DNA of 64,000 nucleotides from Octopus sinensis (GCF_006345805.1 NC_043020.1:5208001-5272000); one strand, 5' to 3'; shown: positions 12,105 to 24,261, counted from the stretch's first letter. The notes: generated by a model from the letters alone, not told the origin. Translations and numbers: made by a program.

Positions 12105-13375
12105 AGTGCCACATAAAAAGCAATGGTGATGGATAGGCGTCAAAAGCATTGATGATGGTGCTACATTAAAAGCACTGGTAATGATGCCACATTAAAGCGA
12201 TGGAGATGGATCCACATGAAAAGCCCTGGTAATGATGCCACATGAAAAACACTGGTAATGATGCCACATAAAAAGCACGGGTGATGGTGTTACATTAAAA
12301 GCACGGGTGATGGTACTACATTAAAAGCACGGGTGATGGTGCTACATTAAAAGCACTGGTGATGGTGCCACATTAAAAGCACTGGTGATGGTACTACATT
12401 AAAAGCACTGGTGATGGTGCCACATTAAAAGCACTGGTGATGGTACTACATTAAAAGCACGGGTGATGGTGCTACATTAAAAGCACGGGTGATGGTGTCA
12501 CATTAAAAGCACTGGTGATGGTGCCACATTAAAAGCACGGGTGATGGTACTACACTAAAAGCACCGGTGATGGGGCCACATTAAAAGCACTGGTGATGGT
12601 ACTACATTAAAAGCACCGGTGATGGTGCTACATTAAAAGCACTGGTGATGGTGCCACATTAAAAGCACTGGTGATGGTACTACATTAAAAGCACTGGTGA
12701 TGGTGCCACATTAAAAGCACTGGTGATGGTACTACATTAAAAGCACCGGTGATGGTGCTACATTAAAAGCACTGGTGATGGTGCCACATTAAAAGCACTG
12801 GTGATGGTACTACATTAAAAGCACTGGTGATGGTGCTACATTAAAAGCACTGGTGATGGTGCCACATTAAAAGCACTGGTGATGGTACTACATTAAAAGC
12901 ACCGGTGATGGTGCTACATTAAAAGCACGGGTGATGGTGTCACATTAAAAGCACTGGTGATGGTGCCACATTAAAAGCACTGGTGATGGTACTACATTAA
13001 AAGCACGGGTGATGGTGCCGTGTAAAAAGCACTGGTGATGGTGCCACATTAAAGCACCGGTGATGGTGCCACATTAAAAGCAATGGTAATGGTGCCACAT
13101 TAAAAGCATTGGTGATAGTTCCACATGAAAAGCAATGGTAATAGTGCCACATTAAAAACACAGGTGATAGTGCCACATTAAAAGCAATGGTGATGGTTCC
13201 ACGTGAAAAGCACTGGTAATGATGCCACATTAAGAGCACGGGTGATGGTGCCATGTAAAAGGCACTGATGATGGTGCCACATTAAAAACACTGGTGATGG
13301 TGCCACATTAAAAGCATTGATGATGATGTCACGTAAAAAGAATTGGTGATGGTGCCATGTAAAAAACATCCAGTA
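12105..13375. repeat. 26-bp minisatellite (ggtgatggtgccacattaaaagcact)n in a TOE1 intron
   Basis: Dozens of head-to-tail units with alternating gtgccac/gtactac/gtgctac variants; degenerate at both ends. Confidence 0.95.
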
Positions 13376-13729
13376 CATTGTAAAGTACTTCATGTTGGGA
13401 AGGGCCTCTTCCAGCTGTTGAAACCATGCGAAAACAGATTATGGAACCTGATGTGGTTCTTGGTCTTGTCAGCTCCTGGCAAAACCATCCAACCCATGCC
13501 AGCATGGGAAAAGGATGCTAAATGATGATGATGATGATGAATGATATCATCATCATTTAACGTCCATGTTCCCTGCTGGCATGGGTCGGACGGTTTGACT
13601 TTTGACAAGATCGAGCATCCAAGAACTGCATCAAGCTCCAATGTCTGTTGTGGCATGGTTTTTTATGGTTGGGTGGCCTTCTTAGGAATGGGTGCTTTCT
13701 ATGTACCAACCCACCACCTTTTATTTAGA

Positions 13730-14450
13730 AAGGAAGAAAGAAGGAATGAAAACAGGAGAGGAAGGAAGGAAGGGAAGAAGGAGGGTGGAAAGAAGGAAGG
13801 AAGAGAGGAAGGGAGGAAGGAAGGAAGGAAAGATGGAAGGAAGGAAGGGAAAGAAGGGAAGGAAGGAAGGAAGGAAAGAAGGAACGAAGGAAAGAAGGAA
13901 GGGAACAAAGGAAGGAAGGAAGGAAGGAAAGAAGGAAAGAAGGAAGGAAGGGAACGAAGGAAAGAAGGAAGGAAGGAAGGAAAGAAGGAAGGAAGGAAAG
14001 AAGGAAAGAAGGAAGGGAACGAAGGAAGGAAGGAAAGGAAGGAAGGAAGGAAGGGAACGAAGGACGGAAGGAAGGAAAGAAGGGAGGGATGAAGGAAGGA
14101 AGGAAGGAAGGAAGGGAGGGAGGAAGGAAGGAAGGGAGGGAGGAAGGAAGGAAGGAAGGAAGGAAGGAAAGCAGGAAGGAAGGAAGGAAGGAAGGAAGGA
14201 AGGAAGGGAACGAAGGAAGGAAGGAAGGAAGGGAACGAAGGAAGGAAGGAAAGCAAGGAAAGAAGGAAGGAAAGGAAGGAAGGAAGGAATGAATGAAGGA
14301 ACGAAGGACGGAAGGAAGAAAAGAAGCAAGGAAGGAAGGAAGGAAGGAAGGAAAGAAGGAAGGAAGGAAGGCAGGAAGGAAGGAAGGAAGGAAGGAAAGA
14401 AGGAAGGAAGGAAGGCAAGAAAGAAGGAAGGAAGAAAGGAAAGAAGGAAG
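13730..14450. repeat. (GGAA)n polypurine microsatellite, about 720 bp
   Basis: Direct reading; starts about 15 nt into the intron after the exon 3 donor. Confidence 0.95.
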
Positions 14451-14465
14451 GACAGCCATACTTAC

Positions 14466-14790
14466 TCTATCGTTGCCACGATAATACTGAGAACCCTTTG
14501 AGAACTGTCTGTTGAAATCGAACCCGTGGTCTATGAGGAACTGCATTGACCTCGGTTCCACCACGTACTCGTCGAAACACAGGAGCGCAATGTCGTAGTT
14601 CTGGACGACGTATTTCCATTCCTTCACCTTCCTCGTCCCGCGGACCTCCTCCTCCTCTGGGCCTCCATTCTTCTTGTCCGTCCGGTCGACCGTTTCCACC
14701 TGTTGCAGCTTGAAACAGGAGAGCCCAAACGAGAGGACGGAACGGGACCGAGCAGCGCTGCTCATTGCCTTGTATCGCTCTTCGACACAC
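14466..14790 (-). CDS. TOE1: TOE1 coding exon 3 (CVEERYKAMSSAARSRSVLSFGLSCF...EYVVEPRSMQFLIDHGFDFNRQFSKGSQYYRGNDR)
   Basis: Part of ORF 13725..14804; acceptor ttccag, donor GTAAGT at 14465; CAF1-family motifs ERY..., SILSLGL.CF and FL..HGF.FN. Confidence 0.93.
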
Positions 14791-14884
14791 CTGGAATAAG
14801 ACAAAGGGGTGCACAGGATATAATTGTCATCGTCTGTTTTTCCATGCTGGCATGGGTCGGGCAGTTCGACTGAAAACTGATAGG

Positions 14885-15043
14885 CGCAGGAGTGGCTGTG
14901 TGGTAAGTAGCTTGTTTACCAACCACATGGTTCCGGGTTCAGTCCCACTGCATGGCACCTTGGGCAGGTGTCTTCTACTATAGCCTCGGGCCGACCAAGG
15001 CCTTGTGAGTGGATTTGGTAGACGGAAACTGAAAGAAGCCCGT

Positions 15044-15091
<48 letters not shown>

Positions 15092-15500
15092 GCACTCACT
15101 ACACTCGCGGAGTGGTTGGCGTTAGGAAGGGCATCCAGCCGTAGAAACTCTGCCAGATCAGACTGGAGCCTGGAGCAGCCCCTGACTTCCCAGACCCCGG
15201 TTGAACCGTCCAACCCGTGCTAGCACGGAAAACGGACGTTAAACGATGATGATGATGATATATATATATGCGTGTGTGTGTGTGTTTGTGTGTCTGTGTT
15301 TGTTCCCCCTAGCATTGCTTGACAACTGATGCTGGTGTGTTTATGTCCCCGTCACTTAGCAGTTCGGCAAAAGAGGCCGATAGAATAAGTACTAGGCTTA
15401 CAAAAGAATAAGTCCCGGGGTCGAGCTGCTCGATTTAAAAGGCGGTGCTCCAGCATGGCTGCAGTCAGATGACTGAAACAAGTAAAAGAGTAAAAAGAGT
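14885..15500 (+). mobile_element. tRNA-headed SINE with internal (TA)n/(TG)n, carrying a nested GAT-tailed SINE fragment
   Basis: Head gcaggagtggctgtgtggtaag...ggttccgggttcagtccc (A/B-box-like), core ttgggcaagtgtcttctactatagcc, tail gactgaaacaagtaaaagag. Other copies at about 19866-20255, 25918-26350, 27699-28100 and 34225-34600 (+), and 1495-2060, 11410-11660 and 41770-42360 (-). Confidence 0.85.
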
Positions 15501-15769
15501 AAGCTGGGAAGTTGCACCAAGCTCCAGTCTGATTTGGCAAGGTTTCCTCAGCTGGATGCCCTTCCTAATGCCAACCACTCCAAGAGCATAGTGGGTGCTT
15601 TTTACGTGCCAGTTATGAAACACCGGCATCGGTCACAAGTACAATCTCACTTGGCTTGACAGATCTTCTCAAGCGTGGCATATTACAAAAGGTCTTGGTC
15701 ACTTGTTACTCCAAACTCATTCCTTGATCGAACAAGTTGGATGGTTTGACAAGACTTGATGGGTCCAAA

Positions 15770-15985
15770 AGGCGGCGAGCTGGCAGAAACGTTAGCACGC
15801 CGGGCGAAATGCTTAGCAGTATTTCGTCTGTCTTTACGCTCTGAGTTCAAATTCCGCCGAGGTCGACTTTGCCTTTCATCCTTTCGAGGTCGATAAATTA
15901 AGTACCAGTTGCGTACTGGGGTCGATCTAAATCGACTAGCCCTCTCCCCACAAAATTTCAGGCCTTGTGCCTAGAGTAGAAAAAA
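15770..15985 (+). mobile_element. SINE with Meta-domain-like core (gcctttcatcctttcgaggtcgataaattaagtaccag)
   Basis: tRNA-like head ggcggcgagctggcagaaacgttagc...gagttcaaattccgcc; core recalled as resembling MetaSINE/Sauria SINE; many copies at 41-54 kb. Confidence 0.7.
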
Positions 15986-16422
15986 GACTTGATGGGTCCA
16001 ATGATTGCATCAAGCCCCAATGTCTACTTTTGTAGGGTTTCTACAGCATGATACCCTTTCTACTTTACTGCATGGATTGAGTGCTTTCTATGTCGCTAGC
16101 ACTAATGAGATTGCCATGCAGCTTACAAGACAATATCAACACTGTGTTACAATGTCAGTGTGTAACATGGTTACCGTGTTACAATTACAGTGTGTAACAT
16201 GGTTACCATGTTACAATGCCAGTGTATAACAAGGGCAATGTTATATTATCAGCGTGTGACATGGATGCTGTGTTACAAAATCAGAGTGTAACATGAATGG
16301 TGTTACAACAGCAGGGTGTAGCATGGATACCCTGTTACAATGTCAGTATACAACAAGGGTACTGTGTTACATTGTCAGAGTGTGACATGGATGCTGTGTT
16401 ACAACAAAGAACTATAACTTAC

Positions 16423-16463
16423 TTGGCCAATAAAGATTTTCGGTCCCCTAAGCCACTCATCTC
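16423..16463 (-). CDS. TOE1: TOE1 coding exon 2 (EMSGLGDRKSLLA-K), 41 nt
   Basis: Acceptor tttctacag, donor GTAAGT; matches TOE1 ELSGLGDRKSLL; phases 0 to 2 fit both neighbouring exons. Confidence 0.92.
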
Positions 16464-16531
16464 CTGTAGAAAGAAAAATTTTAGAAAAGTTAACATTGAA
16501 AGAAACCCATCATGTGTATATATATATACAC

Positions 16532-16568
<37 letters not shown>

Positions 16569-16577
16569 TATATATAG

Positions 16578-16765
16578 GGAGAGTTTACGAAAAAAACAAA
16601 AGACGAAGACAGGTGGTGTACAAAACAAACAGATGTATTAGTATAACGCTCAGGAATAGAAAAAGTCTTTTACGTTTCGAGCCTACGCTCTTCTACAGAA
16701 AGGGACACAGAAAAAACAAGGAGAGAAAAAAATGTGTGTAGTGGCTAACGATCTATCATGACGAC
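16578..16765 (-). mobile_element. ~190-bp dispersed element with a minimal hammerhead-like motif (16667-16702)
   Basis: Near-identical copy at about 41990-42180 (+); related copies at about 5300-5490, 31690-31865 and 55340-55745; motif CTTT-CTGTAGA-A-GAGC gtag GCTC-GAAAC GTA-AAAG. Confidence 0.7.
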
Positions 16766-17787
16766 TCATATATATACAGCATGGAAATTTGTCAGTGATC
16801 AGGTCGTGGTCTGAAAGCAACGAAAATATTTTGGCAAATTAAATTTAAATGTTGAAGTGAATCTAACGGTTTTGTGTGTTTCTTAAATGGCTTATAACCA
16901 CCTTCCACGCTGCAATTATATGTGTGTGTGTGTGTGTGTATGTGTGTGTTTATGTTTGTCCCCCCTACGATCGCTTGACAGCTGATGTTGGTGTGTTTAC
17001 ACCCCCATAACTTAGCGGTTTGAGAAAAGAGACTGATAGAATAAGTACCAGGCTCACAAAGAATAAGTCCTGGGGGTCGATTTGTTCGACTGAAAGGCAG
17101 TACTCCAGCATGGCCGCAGCCAAATGACTGAAACAAGTAAAAGAATAAAAGAATCGATTTATAGGAGTTACGGCAAATGAGATTTTGTGATGTTCATTCT
17201 TTTCCATCCTCCCTTTAATTACGCTGAGGTTGATAATGAAGCAACACAAACAGGTATTGTATAATGGTGACACACAGACAGTATATTTTCATGAGAAAGA
17301 TAAAACCTAACTCACTACAGACCAGGCAGGGGTCTGTTCTGTTAGCTTTTGACATGGTTTTTGGAAAAAGAAGCCACCAGGAGCTAGGATTTGCTTCCTT
17401 GATGTTCAGAGGTGAAACTGGAAAGGCATTCGAGATCAGTCTCTTGTTTGCCAAAAGTGTAAATATTAGATAACTGGCAGAAACATTAGCACACCGGGCG
17501 AAATGCGTAGCCGTATTTCGTCTGTCGTTACGTTCTGAGTTCAAATTCCGCCGAGGTCGACTTTGCCTTTCATCCTTTCGGGGTCGAAAAATAAAGTACC
17601 AGTTTCGCACTGGGGTCGATGTAATTGACTTAATCCCTTTGTCTGTCCCCTCTATGTTTAGCCCCTTGTGGGCAGTAAAGAAATAAATACATGTGCATAG
17701 ACAAAAGGACTGGCTGTTGCAGGTACAGAATACATCATGGATGGGAGACAATCAGGATGAAGCAAGTTATACAGAGATGGGGAAAAA

Positions 17788-18166
17788 TATTCGGTTGTCC
17801 GGAAAGTTCATGCCGATTTATAGTAGCTTACCTTTCGGCTTATTTTAGAATATGGTTGAGTCCATAAAATAGGATTTGACTACACCTTCATTTAGAGCAC
17901 AGTTTAAGCTATCTTTTCGTGGAAGAAGGTTTATGTTCCTATAACCTGTGTTAATTCTGTAACCCTTTAAAAATGGAAAATAAGAAAGTTCCTTTTCGGC
18001 ACTTGATGCTTCGGGAACAAGACAAAAATTGCTGCGGCTCGGCTGGGATGTGTTACCCCACCCCCCATATTCACCAGATATTGCTCCTTCGGATTTCCAC
18101 TTATTCAGGTCTCTGCAGAATAGTCTTAATGGTAAAAATTGCAATTCCTTGGATGATGTAAAAAGA
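17788..18166 (+). mobile_element. Internally deleted mariner transposon relic
   Basis: TA + TIR-like ttcggttgtccggaaagttcatgccgatt; N-terminus MENKKVPFRHLML fused to C-terminal LGWDVLPHPPYSPDIAPSDFHLFRSLQNSL. Confidence 0.85.
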
Positions 18167-18599
18167 TGGATTCAGGTTTCAAATTCCTAATTGAGAGAAT
18201 GCGACATTTGTTTCTGAATCAAGGGTACTTTCGATGTACCCTCAATCAGTTATGATCCCTACACTTTGTCTCTCTCACCTATCTCCACTACCCTCCCAAA
18301 TCTATTAAATTCTATAGAAGGAGCATTTGTCAATGAAGGATTGTGGAACAATACACATGACCAATGTGACATGTATGCAATGGAATCGTAATTCAGAAGC
18401 AAAAAAAATAATAATAATAATAATAATCATCTTCCTCATCATCATCGTTTAACCTCCGCTTTCCATGCTAGCATGGGTTGGACGGTTCGACTGGGGTCTG
18501 GGAAGCCAGGAGGCTGCACCAGGCCCAGTCTGATCTGGCAGTGTTTCTACAGCTGGATGCCCTTCCTAACGCTAACCACTCCGTGAGTGTAGTGGGTGC

Positions 18600-19290
18600 A
18601 TTTTACATGCCAGGCGAGGCTGGCAACATCCATGATTGGATGGTGCTTTTTACATGCCACCGGCAGGGAGGCCAGACGAGGCGGTGCTGGCAACGGCCAC
18701 GTTCGAATGGTTCTTTTACGTGCCACCAGCACGGAGGCCAGTCGAGGCGGCGCTGGCAATGGCCACATTCGGATGGTTCTTTTATGTGCCACCGGCACTG
18801 GTATCACAACTACAATTTCCATTGATTTTTGATCGGTGCTTTTTACGTGCCACCGGCATAGAGGCCAGTCGAGGTGGCGCTGGCAACGGCCACGTTCGAA
18901 TGGTTCTTTTACGTGCCACCAGCACGGAGGCCAGTCGAGGCGGCGCTGGCAATGGCCACATTCGGATGGTTCTTTTATGTGCCACCGGCACTGGTATCAC
19001 AACTACAATTTCCATTGATTTTTGATCGGTGCTTTTTACGTGCCACCAGCATAGAGGCCAGTCGAGGTGGCGCTGGCAACGGCCACGTTCGAATGGTTCT
19101 TTTACGTGCTACTGGTACAGGTGTCAGGCGAGGCTGGCAAATCGGCCACGATCAGTTGGTGCTTTTTACGTGCCACCGGCACGGAGGCCAGTCGAGGCAG
19201 CGCTGGCAACAACCCCGTTTCGGATGGTTCTCTTATGTCCCACCAGCACTGGTATCACAACTACAATTTCCATTTGATTTTTGATCGATT
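18600..19290. repeat. ~193-bp tandem amplification within a SINE
   Basis: Repeated ORF pairs offset by 193 nt (18822 vs 19015; 18832 vs 19025); a third diverged unit runs to about 19290. Confidence 0.85.
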
Positions 19291-19372
19291 TCGATAACAA
19301 AATATAAAGAAAAGACCAGTTGTTTCCAAACTGAAGCTGACAGAAGTGATAGAAACATCAGGGAATGCTTAC

Positions 19373-19516
19373 AGTGTCGAGTGCAAGGAACGTGGATCCT
19401 CTGACAGCAAGAAGTATGGATGGCCATAAGGATTTGAAGTTGTCAGCATGAACATTGATAATAGGTACAGTATAATCAGGAGAAATTGATGAATTGTGGT
19501 CAGTTGTGATTTCCAT
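19373..19516 (-). CDS. TOE1: TOE1 coding exon 1 (MEITTDHNSSISPDYTVPIINVHADNFKSLWPSILLAVRGSTFLALDT)
   Basis: Manual translation (frame not in the ORF track) resembles the TOE1 N-terminus [31 protein letters not shown]. ATG at 19516 has an in-frame upstream TAA; acceptor ctacag just upstream (exon starts 19539); donor GTAAGC at 19372; supplies the first catalytic D of DTE. Confidence 0.9.
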
Positions 19517-20975
19517 TGAAGCAGTTTAATGTGAGGAACCTGTAGAAGAAAAAAAAACGAAAAAAACAACACAAAATGAAAGAACAGATTCACAACCCCA
19601 AAAGGGAAAACAAAAATTCCTTTCATGTACCTTATAACCCGTGTATATCATCACCATCATTAAACGTCTGTTTTTCCATGCTGGCATGAGTTGGACGGTT
19701 TGACAAGAACTGACCAGGGTCCATGTCTGTTTTGGCTTAGTTTCTACAGCTCGATGACCTTCCTAGCACTAACCACTTTACAGAGTGTACAGGGTAATTT
19801 TACACACCACCATACACACATACATATTTATACACACATGTACATATATTTGAATACACACATAGGTGCAGGAGTGGCTGTGTGGTAAGTAGCTTGCTTT
19901 CCAACCACATGGTTCGGGGTTCAGTCCCACTGCGTGGCACCTTGGGCAAGTGTCTTCTGCTATAGCCTCGGGCCGACCAAAGCCTTGTGAGTGGATTTGG
20001 TAGATGGTAACTGAAAGAATCCCGTCGTATATATATGTGTGTGTGTGTGTGTGTTTGTGTCTGTTTGTCCCCCCAGCATCGCTTGACAACCGATGCTGGT
20101 GTGTTTACATCCCCCATAACTTAGCAGTTCGGCAAAAAAAAAATCGATAGAATAAGTACTAGGCTTACAAAGAATAAGTCCTGGGGTTGATTTGCTTGAC
20201 TAAGGCAGTGCTCCAGCATGGCCATAGTCAAATGACTGAAACAAGTAAAAGAGAGAGTATACACATATCATGATTTAACGTTCACTTTCTCATGCATGTG
20301 TCTAATAGAATTTGTCAATACAGATTTTCTACGGCCAGAAACCTTTGCTGTCATCAACCTTCACCTGTCTTCAAGCCAGGCCAGACATGTTTTCACAGAA
20401 GACTGGAAATTAAGGCAAATGTCTTTATGACAGTGATGCTTGCTTATAACAATCATTCAATCTCATGACAAGGGCACACAAGTGCACATGATCATCATCA
20501 CCATCGTTTAACATCCGTTTTCCATGCTGGCATGGGTTGGGCGGTTTGACCGGGGTCTGGGAAGCCATGAGGCTGCACCAAGCTCCAGTCTGATCTGGCA
20601 GAGTTTCTACAGCTGGATGTCCTTCCTGATGCCAACCACTCCATGAGTGTAGTGGGTGTTTTTTACATGTCATTGGCACAGGGGCCAGAGGAGGCTAGCA
20701 ATGACTATAATCAGCTTTTTATGTGCCACTGGCAGGGAAGCCAGTCAAGGCAGTGCTGGCATCGGGCATGTTCGGATCTTGCTTTTTACGTGCCACCGGC
20801 ACAGGTATCACAACTACAATTTCCATTTGATTTTTCACACACACACACATATATATATATCCTCATCATATAGATTCTCGGAGTGGTTGGTGTTAGGAAG
20901 GGCATCCAGCTGTAGAAAACTGCCAGATCAGACTAGAACCTTATGCAGCCTCCAGTTGAACCATTTATATATATA

Positions 20976-21611
20976 CTAGCAGTATCGCCCGGCGTTGCTC
21001 GGGTTTGTAAGGGAAATAACTATATAAGCATTTTAGAGAGTTATAGCCAAAAAATAGCAAAAAATGCATTAAAAATGGAAAAAATATGATGGTAAATTTT
21101 TTTAAATCGTTTTGCATCATCGTAGACATTTTTAGAGAGTTACTTCCCTTATATAATAGCGAAAAAATGCATTAAATTGGGAAAAAAACGATGGTAAATT
21201 TTTTTTTTAAATCGTAGACTCATGTAGACGCTTTCTTAGCCATTTCTGTTTTGGGTGTCTTCAAGCCATGAAGTCGTTCTAAAAGAACGCTGGTCTCCTT
21301 GACAACGCATTACGACGTTGATTTCCTTACACTCCCTTCCCACAGGTGCAGGTGTGAGCGTGGACGCCAACTCCACCGCCATCGACACACGAAAAATTAT
21401 GCATTAAAAATGGAATAAAAAAATGATGTTAAATTATTTTTAAAATCGTAGACTCATCGTAGACGCGCGCTAATACTCAGACGGGCTCGATATGAATCAC
21501 GACTATAAGCTACCCGAATTTGGTTAAACTGCACCGCAAAAATGTGGAGTAGTTAGGAATCTAAATCGAAGGGGACAGACACTCACACAACTACAGTTTT
21601 ATATATATAGA
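20976..21611 (-). mobile_element. Non-autonomous Helitron
   Basis: On the minus strand it begins TC(TATATATA) and ends cccgagcaacgccggg hairpin + CTAG|T. Family copies at 24703-25052 (-), 44183-44465 (-) and 60513-61012 (+). Confidence 0.75.
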
Positions 21612-21624
21612 TATACATAGCGCA

Positions 21625-22048
21625 GTAGTGGTGAGATGTGACAGCAAAGAAAAGCATACATTCACTCTCTGCATGCAATTAGACTCGGAAGTTCGTGAGG
21701 AACCCATTGACCCAATTGCTGACTTTTCATAGCACACAGGTCTCAATGAATGGTTGAATGACCAAATCCAAGCTTCTCTGCTAGTTCCTCAACAGTTACG
21801 ATGAGATTTTGTTCCACCAGGTTTTCAGATGTCCTTGTCGAGTTCTACAGATCTTTCAGGATGAGGCTCTGTCTTCTAGGCTGTAGTTTATGGCTCGGAA
21901 TTTCTGGAACCACCTTGACACTGCCTTACGCTTATTGTCCAATCCCCATATACTGCATTAATATTTCTTGTACTTTCCGTTGCGTTGTTGTCTTTATTGA
22001 ACTCATAAAGCAAAATATGCCAATATGCTCCTTTGTTACTTCCAACAT
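21625..22048 (-). mobile_element. Decayed mariner transposase, 5' half
   Basis: With frameshifts reads MLEVTKEH..HILLYEFNKDNNATESTRNINAVYGD...WFQKFR...LGQWVPHEL; WVPHEL is the mariner signature. Confidence 0.85.
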
Positions 22049-23089
22049 AGCTTTGAAAAAAAGGCTGTTAAAATCGAAATGCACTCTTCAAAACTTGCAC
22101 TATGAATAAGGACAAGATAAAATTACTACTGCTTTTATAGCAAGTTAATATAAGTAGTTTATCCCATTCTCCTCTGACATTTAGTTCAAGCTGTTGAAAA
22201 AAACCGCATTATTATATATATATACATACATACGTACATACTATAACACAAACACCTCTCTCTCACACACATGCACACATTTATATTCTGTTATTCTTTT
22301 ATATGTTTCAGCCTTGAGGTTGTGGCCATGCTGGATCATGTGTGTGTGTGTGTGTGTTGTGTTGTCTATCTGTCTGTCTGTCTGTATGTTATATGTATAT
22401 GTATGTGTGTGAATAATATATTTTCAACAGATGTGTTGCAAATGTATCTGATTGTTCTCAAGCTTCAAATTTACTCTCTTCCAAGAACATTTTCACTCAC
22501 TCTTATTTGTTAGCTTCCCATACATTTTACTCATGTATCTATCAGCGTTCATGGACAGTAACAAATATTACATCTAGTTTCATTTTATTCGTTACACAGT
22601 GTGTGTGTGCTTTTGCGTGTGCTGTAAACCAGACTAAGAAAAGCATTTGACACACACACCCAGAATGTGAGTTTTCTGTAAATTTTGCTTAATTGGAGTT
22701 TAAATTTTAAAAACTGGACCTGGCATGACGCGTTGCATTGTACTCTTAAAATTGCTAGGTAAATTGTAATTGAAGAAATCCTATATTGTAGATTTGTATA
22801 ACTCCCAAAGGGAGGCAGATAAAATCTGCCTTTTATAATAAGAGATATATATATAAAATGGCCCTTATTTACATAGATTATTGAAGGGAGAACACCATAA
22901 ATAAAACAAACAAAAGCATTTCTAATTTAGTTATTTCTGAAAGACTTAGTAAAATTTTGATATTTATTATTTATCGTTTATTATCTCTTTCTCTAAGAAA
23001 CAATATAGACTGCAACTATTGTAGATCGAAGTCTTTGTTCATATATATATAGCTTCACCTTACTGGCACTTGTGCCCCGTGCTAGTAGG

Positions 23090-23592
23090 GTGCTAAGAGC
23101 ACCATCCGAGCGTGATCGTTGCCAGAGCGGCTAACTGGCTTCCGTGCCGGTGGCATGTAAGAGACACCATTCGAGCGGAATCGTTACCAGCATCACCTGA
23201 CTGGCACGTAAAAGCACCCACTACACTCTTGGAGTGGTTGGCGTTAGGAAGGGCACCCAGCTGTAGAAACTCTGCCAGATCAAGACTAGAGCCTGGTGCA
23301 GCCATCTGGTTTGCCAGTCCTCAGTCAAACCGTCCAACCCATGCTAAGAGCACCATCCGAGCGTGATCGTTGCCAGAGCGGCTAACTGGCTTCCGTGCCG
23401 GTGGCATGTAAGAGACACCATTCGAGCGGAATCGTTACCAGCATCACCTGACTGGCACGTAAAAGCACCCACTACACTCTTGGAGTGGTTGGCGTTAGGA
23501 AGGGCACCCAGCTGTAGAAACTCTGCCAGATCAAGACTAGAGCCTGGTGCAGCCATCTGGTTTGCCAGTCCTCAGTCAAACCGTCCAACCCA
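23090..23592. repeat. Apparently exact 251-bp tandem duplication of a SINE segment
   Basis: Identical ORFs 23093..23305 and 23344..23556 (offset 251). Confidence 0.92.
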
Positions 23593-24261
23593 TGCTAGCA
23601 TGGAAAGCAGACATTAAATGATGATGATGACGATATATATATATATATGTATGTATGTATGTATTTATTTATTTAAAAATCTAACAAAAACCTAACGAAC
23701 GGAAAATTCATAGCTCTCATCAGTCAACTTCCAAAAGATCCTTACAATTTTGTGCCTTTAACATTGATATTGTTCACTTTTGGTGGCATCAATGGCATGA
23801 GTTGGACGGTTTGACAGGAGCTGGCCAGGCAGAAGTCTACCCCAGGCTACTGTGTCTGTTTTGGCAGGGTTTTTACGGCTGGATACCCTTCCTAACACCA
23901 ACCATCCAGCAGAGTTGACTGAGTGCTTTTTTACGTGGCACAAGCACAGGTGAGGTCAGTTTTGGAAGGGTTTTTACAGTCAGATGCCCTTCCAAACGCC
24001 AACATACATATACATACAAACACACACAATTATGTACACTTCTCAATGACATGATTTCAGGTTCAATCCCTCTGTGTGGTACCTTGGCCAAGTGTCTTCT
24101 ACAATAGCCCTAAGCTGACCAAAGCCTTATAAGCGGATCTGGTAGACAGAAACCAAAAGAAGCTCATCCTATATGTTTGTGAGAGCGATTATTTCATTTT
24201 CCTCACATCTTACACATGCGTTCCACTCCCTGGTTTTCAAACCAGTAACTGATTTAATGTT

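Noticed and set aside
12105-13375. Regular short repeats resembling a CRISPR array
   Set aside because: No unique spacers, eukaryotic context and no cas genes; it is a minisatellite.
13541-14501. Long K/E/G/R and P/S/F/L ORFs, including the C-terminal part of ORF 13725..14804
   Set aside because: GGAA microsatellite; the real exon ends at the GTAAGT donor at 14465.
17215-17470. Non-repetitive-looking intronic ORFs with faint RQGSVL / LEKAF-like words
   Set aside because: Too degenerate to call a LINE fragment or an exon, and the TOE1 CDS is complete without it.
19369-19626. 85-aa ORF overlapping TOE1 exon 1
   Set aside because: Wrong frame; the TOE1-homologous frame starts at ATG 19516.
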